Assembly: GCA_051362555.1 (NCBI GenBank)
Contig: CM120640.1
Location: 21,142,001-21,206,000, forward strand
Direction: 5' to 3'
Origin: Lingula anatina
Lineage: Eukaryota; Animalia; Brachiopoda
DNA: 64,000 nt
The position numbers were made by a program, and so were the translations under genes. A model generated the notes under the pieces. That model saw only the letters and a program-made list of their open reading frames with translations. It was not told the origin of the DNA and ran no database searches. Shown here in pieces: positions 53,051 to 64,000 of this stretch (the stretch's first letter is position 1; every line of letters begins with the position of its first letter).

Positions 53051-53418
53051 GGACCCACCATTTTGAAAAAGTCCCATGAAAAGTTGTTTATTTGAAACGC
53101 TGTTTTTCATCTAAAGGATTGATTCATTTAATATCACAATGTTATATTGTAATGGTGCACGTGCTTAAATAACCAGAAAAACATAAATTATGTGCATACA
53201 CCACGTTAAAATTACCAAAAATTGTCCCAAACTGTCACTCAACTGTCTCTAACCAATTTATAGGGACCCGCCATTTTGAAAAAGTCGGATGAAAAGTTGT
53301 CTATTTGAAACGATGTTTTTCATCTAAAGGATTGACTCATTTAATACCAAAGTGATGTATTGTAATGATGCACGTGCTTAACTAACCAGAAAAACATAAA
53401 TTATGTGCATACATCACG
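53051..53418 (+). repeat. Direct duplication (~155 bp unit, ~213 bp spacing) inside the P-like element
   Basis: GGACCC(A/G)CCATTTTGAAAAAGTC...TTATGTGCATACA(C/T)CACG occurs at ~53051-53205 and ~53264-53418. Confidence 0.85.
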
Positions 53419-53429
53419 CACTTAAGAAG

Positions 53430-55221
53430 AAACAAGGCAGCAAAGCTGTCAAATGTACAGACAAAAAACAGGAAATAACTATGCACAAAATAGGCTACTG
53501 TCAATTCTGATGCAAAAATACATTATGTTAAACTGCAAATTCAACATCAAATTTAAATTATCCTCAACAGGTAATACCAATGTAATTAAAATATGTGACA
53601 AGTTTACACTTTGAAAATGTATAACTTCCAGAAAAAGAAGTCACTTAGACTGCTTTTCCAACTCAGACTGCATTTTAGTCCTGTATTTCTTTTTTGAAAG
53701 TTTGGCAATCATAAGTAACATGGTTTTCCCATAATGGTCATCATGGCAGCAGCACCCAAAATTGTGTTTTCTTCTATTCTGATGCAATATTACATAATGG
53801 TTAACAGCATAATGACCGTCATTTTTTAATAATAAAATATACGTATCATGGATTTTCAGAAAATGTGACTAGCATGGGTCTTCAAGCCCGTGGAACTTCA
53901 AAGTCATACCTTGAAAATGCCAAAATGTGAAAAATTAAATTTTCACCAAATAACTGTTTAACTGGCAGTAAGAATTACCAAACAGACTGTATTTCCTACT
54001 GAAGCTGTATTTTAGTCCCATGTTTCTTTTCTGTAAGTTTGAGAAAAGTAAATGACATGGTTTTTCTTAAATGGTCATCATGGGAGCAGTGCCCAAAATA
54101 GGTTTTTTTCAAATTTTGATGCAATATTACATAATGTTTAACAGCATAATGATCATCAATTTTTAATAATAAAATATTAGTATCATGGACAAATAGTAAA
54201 CGTGACTAACAAAGGTTTTTAGGCCGATGGAACTTCAAAGTCACGCATTAAAGATGTCAAAATGTAAACAAGACTGCACTGTTCTGAAATGGGTTTATTT
54301 CCATTTTTAACACTTTTTTTAACATAAAACAAAATTAATAGGTTACTGCCATTTTTATAAGATCAACTAAGAAAATTGATGAGATGTGAAAAATATCAAT
54401 AGAGCAGTGTTAAATGTCCAATTTCTTCCATTCTGAGATTCTGAACATAGTGAATGATTGAATCTGACAAACTGCAATGATATGAGTTTATTTCCATTTT
54501 TGACACTTTATTACACAATAAACGATAACAAGTTTACCATCATTTTTACATAATCAACTAACAATGTTGTAAAGATGCAGGAAATGTCAAACAAACACTT
54601 TTACGTATCTTATTACTTAAATAATAAGGCTATTAACATGCCTAAGAATTAAATCTGAGGAAATCTGAAGAAATGTGAAAAAACAGCATAACTTCTAAAA
54701 TAATGCCCCGATTATGCTGATTTTCGAACTCAACCTGCGTTTTAGTAAGACTGACCATTCCTGTGAGTTTAATGACAATTGGGCTTTCTGTTTTTCTTAT
54801 ATTGTGTTTACAGTGTTGCATATATGCTGAACAATGAAAAAACCGCATAACTACTAAAATAGTGGCCCGATCATGCTGATTTTCGAACTTGACCTGCATT
54901 TTAGTAATATTGATTACTCCTGTGAGTTTCATGACAACAGGCCTAACGGTTTTCCTTAAAATGTGTTTACAAGGTTGCATATATGCTGAAAAGTGAAAAA
55001 ACAGCATAACTTCTACAATAATGGCCCGATCATGCTGATTTTCGAACTTGACCTGCGTTTTATGAATATTCATCAGCTCTGTAAATATAAAGCCAAAAAG
55101 TAAAACTGCCTTCCACTTATCGTGTTTACAAGGAAAGTGCACGGCGACGGCATCGCCATCGGCGACGACAGACGCAGGTGATGGCAATATGTACAGACAC
55201 ATCTGTGTCTGTACATAAAAA
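53430..55221 (+). mobile_element. HINE-like element, family 2, second copy, nested in the P-like element
   Basis: Same 5' end and 3' hairpin as 9158-11358, with shared internal repeats (CATGCTGATTTTCGAACTTGACCTGC). Confidence 0.8.
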
Positions 55222-56687
55222 GTCCTAAACATGGAGGTCCCGCTGAATCGGCCTCAGATCTTCGAGCTAACGCTGCTTTCTGCACTGACAAATTTGACTG
55301 ACAGCTACCGTATGCACATAAAACAATGCTCAAAGCAGATTATCAACTCTCACTCACCTTTATATCGCTCGACTTGGCGTTTTCCTAAGTATAACTTCCA
55401 AATATTCGGATTAAACATGAATAAATCAAGACGTATACGCACTGGTTCAGCTTCTCCGTCTTGAGTCACGCGGAGGCGAGCGGAGGATTAGACCAGTTAC
55501 GAGGATCGAATTTCAAAGGACGCCGCTTTGAAAAGAATGCTGCGATCTGATTGGACGAGAGAGATAATTGATGTCCCGTTTCTACTCCTTCTCTTTATAA
55601 CTTCTTGTCTGGTGCCAGTGGTGGGTCTCAATGTCAGCCATGTTTGCGTTGTCATACTTTTCTGTATTTACAAACTGTTCACTATTAGCAATGAGCAATA
55701 ACAAAATGGTTTCATGATATAAATATTTATTATTTTAACTCAAAAATACAATCCTTGTTTACAATAATACAAAGTGAGCAATCATCACATTAGAAAGGAT
55801 AGGAACTGTCAACTGATCCAGTATTAAATTATAGCTATTTATGTTGTACAATTTTCTTTACGTATCTAAATGTAAGGTAACAATTTGAAATGAAACTATG
55901 TCACTTTTCCTTATGTATTCTATGCACCTTATAACATTGAGCATCCACCAATAATTTGCATTTAACATTTAATGCATGGCTACGAACTAGCTTAAGTAAG
56001 GTAAGCTGGGGCAAAGTTTCACAAAGCTTTGGTTGGCAAAAGGCCAGGTTTCACAAAGCCTTGTTCCACAAAAGACTTCGTATAAATAAGTTTGTTTGCT
56101 GACAACAGTTTCTAATGAACAGTTAAATTCGACAAAGGATTATCAAAAACTGGCCAAGTCCTTAACAGCACATTCATTTACTTTCCTGCTTTAGGATGTT
56201 GGTATAAAATAAAGAAATAATGAAAAAAAAAATCATACCAAAAAGGAAAATGAGTGCATGAAAAAACTTTAAATTACAGAGGCAAATTACATAAATAAAT
56301 ACACAGGAAAACTTAATATTGCAAATTATACCATATACCATAAGCTTAAAACTTATGCTGTCAAATCAATTATATAGAGGCTATATACTTGTTCACCCAA
56401 ACCTTAAATACCCCCTTGCAATATTTATAAGGGGGCAACTTCATTCAAAGCATCACAGGCTTACAGTAACAAGTGCAATTTAAACTTATCAACTCATAAT
56501 GGTTTTAAAAAATTATCATTATATATATGAAGATTAAAAAAAACAGTCTAAAGAATTAATAAACCTGACCAAAATTATCCTGCTTTCTAAAGCACTTGAT
56601 GGAAAATTGGTACAACTCCATGTGATAAGAATACAGGCTTGAATTACAATCAACATCACATCATGATTACACAGCATTCCGCTTAAA

Positions 56688-58357
<1,670 letters not shown>

Positions 58358-58696
58358 TGCCGACCTGAAACTAAAAAGCTAGAAATGAACTGCGTATCTT
58401 GAGTTATTTCCTGAGGGTAATTAGTTGATCTAATCATGTACAAGTGATTGCTATGTTATCAGACATGATTAAATCTTCATTCAACAACAACAATAAGTCT
58501 TGAAGTATTCCAATGTTGATTGTTGTTGTCGCTGACTCACAGTCACTGAACGTTCCAAGATGGCAACATTCCATCTCAATTTTACAGATTGTAAATCCGA
58601 AAGATAAAAACAATATAAACCAATTGAATTTTAAGTGTTACATTAACAGATTTTAGTTGAAATATTCATTGTTTTACAAATAAAAAACTAAACTCA

Positions 58697-59090
58697 CCTC
58701 TCAATTAAGTTGTTGATGTAATTATGTCACGCAATCTGACTTGATCAACGCTGTAGCATTGTGTTGTACGTCATCATTATTTCCGAAAAGGAATAACATG
58801 GAATTTCAGTCCATTTTTCATTAAAACGTTTACTCATATATAAAAACTATTTGACATCATAATAAAATAAATCACACCAACAGTGACAATATTAATTCAA
58901 GATAATCAAAATTTATGGTAGTTGTATAGAATAATTTTATTCCGCTTGCAGCCTTATTTTTTACGAGCCCTTTCACATGAACACAAGTTTCGATGACGCT
59001 AATGAAGGCTGCGACGTCAGCAGACAGTCAGTCCATGTCTTCACAGCTGTGCCCTGTTTAGCCACCGTTTTAGTCTTTTTCTGTGACAGC
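58697..59090. promoter_or_regulatory. Probable bidirectional promoter of OSER1 and the metadherin-like gene
   Basis: Head-to-head arrangement; CRE-like cores TACGTCA (~58767), TGACGC (~58994) and GACGTCA (~59013). Confidence 0.5.
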
Positions 59091-62000
59091 ATGGAGCTGT
59101 CGGAGGTGGTGACACTACAATATGCGGCTCCTGTAGCTGGTGTTCTTTTTTGTGCTCTTTTAGTATTGATCTTTGGATTCAAATCTCCCGTCCAGCCTCC
59201 AAGTTTTGACTTCGAATACGAAGAAAAGAAGTCTCAGAAGAAACAGAAGAAGCAAAAGGTAACAAGTGGTTATAACAGAATAAGAGCTTTGATTCTATGT
59301 CCCAAGAATAGCGATATATATATTTAGTTTAAATGCAACCATGCACTTCATTTTGAAATCATATTCTAGTGGTGACAAATCGAGTCACATATGGCAAGTC
59401 ATGTGAATCGACACACCGGCAAATCCCGAAACCCGAGTGGAGTAATTGTAGAGTTAATTCAGATTGAGATTGATGATATAATTCACTTTGCGGTTTGTGT
59501 CCATGCCACTTAATTTTATGGAAATATCTTTTTTTTTTCAAGCTTATTTTATTTTTTGAAGTATTTTGTGGAGATAAAGAAATTGAATAATTTAGAGCTT
59601 TTTCATATGGTTATATTGACAAAATATTTGGATTGTGAACAATATTTGATGCTACTTTAAATTATAAGGAAATATCTTTTTTTATCTGAGGAAGAGAGAT
59701 ACACCTGGTAATATATGCAATACACATAAGTTTGTCATTTATCAGTATCAGTATACATGCACTTCAATATTCATTAAGAAGCTGTTCAACTACAAACTAA
59801 ATTACTGAAAAATGCATGACAAAAATCAACTATGGATTAAAACATTGCATTGCCTTTTTATATTTTTCAAGAAATCCACAAGTAACGGACATGTTCCAAC
59901 AGAAAGCAACCAGGACCCCAACAAGGTGTCGCCACCTCAACCCACATCCAAGCAGGATCAGCAAACAAATAAGCAGCCAACACTGCAGAATAAAGTAAAG
60001 GTAAAAAAAATGGTTTATAATCCAGTATCTGGTAATCTGTAAAGATTATTTCAGCTGATAAAATGGCATTATTTTTCTTTGATATAGTGGTTTGTTTCAG
60101 TTCAAGTTGAAAAAGACCTTTCAACAAGTGAATGGTGAAGTGGACTTTCACATTTGTAGATATGTGGCAGCATTAGTGTTTTGGTTTATTGTCGTAATGT
60201 TTTAAATTGGAACTTACCTGTGGTATTTTAAATCAAACACATTACAAGAGGTAGTTTGCATTGTTCTGCTTAATTGGTTATTGTGTATGTCAGAAAAGTA
60301 ATCAGTTGGCATTTAACTTGACTGCAGGGTAAAAAAGCTGCTGCCACAAACTCAAAAGCCAACCACAAAACTGAGACCAGTGCAAGCAAACCAGAGGTCA
60401 CAGAAGAGGATGGTTAGTGCACATGGCTAGACCACTCACACATACACATGCACACACACACACACACACACACACATTTAATAAACTTCTCCATGGTAAT
60501 AGTGCTCACACCCTGAAACATTTATGATAAAAAGACCGGGATTTGTTCAAAATAATTGAAATTTTCTCTTAAATTTTTTAAAGCATTCATATTGATTTAA
60601 GCAAACAGAAATATTGGAAACCTTTAATTTCATTCAATTTAATAATTTTTATGGGCAATTTTAGTTGGAGAATGGACGACACAACTGTCTCGCAAAGATA
60701 AGAAACTGCGTGTTAATAAGAAGGAAGATGGTGCAAAGGGTGACAGTGCTGAGTCAGTCAGTGTAGAATTGCAGGGACAAGGGGATAAGAAAAAGAAGGA
60801 GGAGCCCAGCAGCACAACACCCAAGTCTGCTAAGTCAAAGAAAGAGAAGAAACAGGTGTGAATATTTGACTTGTCTAAGTGATCTGTGATATTGATGCAT
60901 ATCTTGTCGAAAGAGTCCTTGTAAGTCAGATTTGTTGCTCCCTTTTTTGATATATCTGTATCCACAAAGTATTTCAGTTTAGATGAATGTTTTCACACTG
61001 TTGATATTGATAATGGTTACTAAAAGTTGTCCATTTTAGGAAAAGAAGGATGCTAGCAAGCAAGAAACAGAGACAAAACCACTAAAAACAGAAGAGGTTG
61101 TGGTAAGTCTTCAGAAAGTGTACAGTGTTGTGTGTTAAACAGATATACCTGACAATGGTGTCTTATATCCAGACTTTCATAACAGTCATATTTGTTTGTT
61201 TTTATTATAATATTGGCAGTGTATTCCATAATCAAATAAAGCAATGTGGTGAATGTCAGTTGACTCTTTCATTGGACATTACTTTTAAATATTAGGCCAA
61301 GGTTGTAGATGAAACAGAGTTCCATGAAGTCAGTAACAAGAAAACAAAACCAACTGCTAAGCAGAAAGAAGCCAAGGCTGCTGCAGCTCAATCCACACCA
61401 GCTGATGAAAAGCCAGTGAAAGACAAGAGTACAGAGGATGTAGGAGAAAGTCCTAAAGCTTCTCAAACACCAAAGAAAAAGAATAAGAAGCAGCAGTCTC
61501 ATCAAAATGAAGCAGCAGTGAGTAATGCATTCCATCTTGATGTGTTGATAAGTTTGATAAAATATGTTCTTAAAAAGTAATCCCCGATGTCAATATTCAT
61601 TTTCTGTTGAATGTTTCTTGAGAGGTTTGAGTTTAGATGAAATTTGATGCTTTGACACATTTTATTTTATATGTTTTATACATTTGATAATCTTTGTGTG
61701 TTAGTTCTTTTGGATCACAAATGATAAATTCTTATTATTATTTTTCATTGCTTCTACTTTTTTCTTGTGTAGGATGCTACATTATCTAGTCCATCGTCTC
61801 CAAGTGGCCAAGCCCAAGTGCCAAAAAAAGGTGCTGACTCCAAAACTAGTCTCAGCAACCAACAAAATGATACAAAAGGTAAGTTATTTTCTGATTTATA
61901 ATTAATGCATTTACATATACCTTTTAAGACACCCTGGAACTTAGGTAAGAAATTACATGCCTGTCACAATAGCCACTGAATTGTAATAAGAGATTTTTGT

Positions 62001-62344
62001 TTCTTTTTTGTTTATTATAGGTGCTAGCAATACAACTGAATCTAGCACTAAAACAGAAAGTGTTATCGCATCAAGTACTGATGACAGCAAGGTCAACTTC
62101 GATGAGCTTGGAGGAGAAAGTAAGTTTACAGTGCAGTCAAGAAATTAACATATCTGAGAACAAATTTTTAATGTCACAGGTTTTTATGGTCAGGGTAGAT
62201 TTTTAAAACTTACACTAATGTATTACACAATTCTTCAGTGCTATGATCTTGTAGAACATAAATATATTTCTTTCTGTTGTAGGTAATGATTGGTTGGAGG
62301 CAAAGCCACAGAAAAAGAAGAAGAAAGCCAGAAGGGAAAATTAA
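59091..62344 (+). CDS. MTDH: Metadherin/LYRIC-like single-pass ER membrane protein
   Basis: About 9 exons (~59091-59258, 59872-60000, 60329-60412, 60665-60855, 61040-61103, 61297-61517, 61773-61878, 62021-62118, 62283-62344). N-terminal TM (AAPVAGVLFCALLVLIFGF), Lys-rich disordered body, GEWTTQLSRKDKK motif, and C-terminus WLEAKPQKKKKKARREN*, matching the recalled human LYRIC end KKKKKARRET. Confidence 0.78.
60451..60476. repeat. (CA)n microsatellite
   Basis: Read directly from the sequence. Confidence 0.9.
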
Positions 62345-64000
62345 TTTTTTCTTTTTTTTTATATGAAATAAGAATGTGAAACATTCTATTAAATCCAGGA
62401 AAGCATCACTTACAAACATTCCTTGTTCAGGGGACATGTGAACCCCATCAGGGCAGTTCAGCATTACAGTATCAATCCAATTCATTTCAGAGCTAGTGGT
62501 TTTGAAAAAAAATCAGTCCAATTGTTACGAAGTAGAATTAATGGAAAGTCGTAAAGGGAAGTTAATAAGCTGTAATTGATGCATGGTGATTAAGGTCACA
62601 TTTTGATCACTGTTGTGTCTCCACCTACTGTAACAGTATAAGTGGATTTGTTAGGAGTGTGTTGCAGTGGTAAAGACTTAATGTTGAATTGGGTGCTGGT
62701 TGGTTGAATGCCAAAGATAGTAGTGGACTCTATTGAATGTGAAACTGGATGTGTTGGTACAGGTTGTTTGAAACATTGAGCTGAAATTTACTTAGTATAT
62801 GAAAATGATAATGTAAGGCTATGTAGCTGAACCAGTTGGTCACCCCTTATGGTTATATAGCTCACACCACTGTGTGTAGGCCTTGCAGCATGTTGAGGAC
62901 TGAGCATGTATTTATAATTATAAATTGTTTCATTTTGAAATTTTAAAGAAAGGGAGGTAAAGGGGAGGAAATATTCAATGTATTTTACTAATCTTCAATT
63001 ATTATTTTTGGAAGGACTGTTGTCATTTGGCTTGTATCTTGCCACAATATGGTCTTGAAAATGGTAATTTTCAGACTGAAGGCTGTGATGTTATGAATTT
63101 TCACATATAAATGCTGAACAAGCCACAGAGTATTGTTAAGAAATGATTTAAATATGTAAAATTCCACATTGTTGTATAGGACCAGTTGAAATGAAAAATG
63201 ATTTGTTATATTTATTGGCTCAGAATGCTGGAGTACGATCTACCTTTTTAAAATATCAGTGTTAAAAAGATTAAACAGAATATTAGTCTGTAACCCTCTA
63301 AATATTTTATTAATAGTATAAGAATCTAAAAAATTAGATAGTACAGATGGTTATTTTGGATGAGAATAATCCCAGGGCTATAAGCCAAACTATATTATTA
63401 ATCTTTTTGGGGGCACTGCACAAATCCACCCTTATTCCTCAAATTTAGTGGCATTTACTCCTTTGGCTGGCAGAATAGTGGTTGTCCAACTTTTCTTTTG
63501 TATATTTGTGAATATGCATACTGTTACTTGTCATATCTTAGACAAAGGCTCAAATTTCTTTCAATAAGAAATTTCCTTTAAGGTATCTGTTAAGGTAAGA
63601 TTTGTTTTTAGGTGCTCTTGTTTTGATCTAGAGTGTCCCAACTTACAGGCTTTCTGGAAGAACTTGGTCATGTTGGGTGGATGTTCTTCATGCCATGTGA
63701 AACACAAAGAGAGAAAATGTTGCTGGTAGATAATATATTAATTGAGCTCAAGTTGATTTTACATTGGTCTCTGTAGACTTGGTAATGGTTGATCCTCAAG
63801 TTAGTCATAGATTTTGTCTGCAGGGTATGATACTACTGTGTAAAGGGTGAAGGGGACTAATATTTCAAGTATTAATACTTGGCAGTTGGGGTTCAGTGCT
63901 TATGTGATGCATTTAATTAAGGTCAGATTGGTTTGTAGGTAGTATACTACTTTATTTGTATATAAACACTATGGCACCTTTTATGCTTAATGATAAGTCT

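Larger units (their letters stand above)
51780..55607. mobile_element. Non-autonomous DNA transposon with 30 bp perfect TIRs and a 7 bp TSD (P-superfamily-like)
   Basis: TIR CAAGAAGTTATAAAGAGAAGGAGTAGAAAC (51780-51809) and its exact reverse complement (55578-55607); TCTGGTG is duplicated at 51773-51779 and 55608-55614; termini are CA...TG. No intact transposase is seen. Confidence 0.85.

Noticed and set aside
54642-55232. 196-aa minus-strand ORF with internal repeats (and the related ORF at 10845-11054)
   Set aside because: It is the translation of tandem units in the non-coding HINE family 2; the frame is not preserved between copies and there is no recognisable domain.
58977-59090. Upstream ATG extending the MTDH-like ORF by 38 aa
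   Set aside because: The extension overlaps promoter-like CRE motifs. The ATG at 59091 has a good context (AGCATGG) and directly precedes the TM segment. Upstream use cannot be fully excluded.

Overview
Eukaryotic, AT-rich, intron-dense animal DNA; the repeat families and gene content suggest a mollusc or other lophotrochozoan (inference). Eight spliced genes can be built by hand. (1) A 34-exon minus-strand gene (21469 to 170 and beyond the window; at least 1657 aa, every exon phase consistent) encodes an N-terminal hydrophobic signal/anchor followed by three diverged tandem modules. Each module is a class I SAM-methyltransferase-like domain joined to a kinase-C-lobe-like segment, resembling bacterial WbdD-type methyltransferase-kinase proteins, and S1P-like RRLL/RRFL sites lie between modules. 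(2) HM13/signal peptide peptidase lies head-to-head with it. (3-5) Three tandem pancreatic-lipase-like genes. (6) LAPTM4, (7) OSER1 and (8) a metadherin/LYRIC-like gene. Mobile DNA includes three Helentron/HINE-like families (one carrying a 9 x ~146 bp satellite with DR1 motifs), a 3.8 kb element with 30 bp TIRs and a 7 bp TSD (P-like), TTAA-flanked MITEs and a foldback. The best candidate for an undescribed system is gene 1, a putative secretory-pathway methyltransferase/kinase polyprotein. All family calls come from motif recognition by eye; no database search was run.
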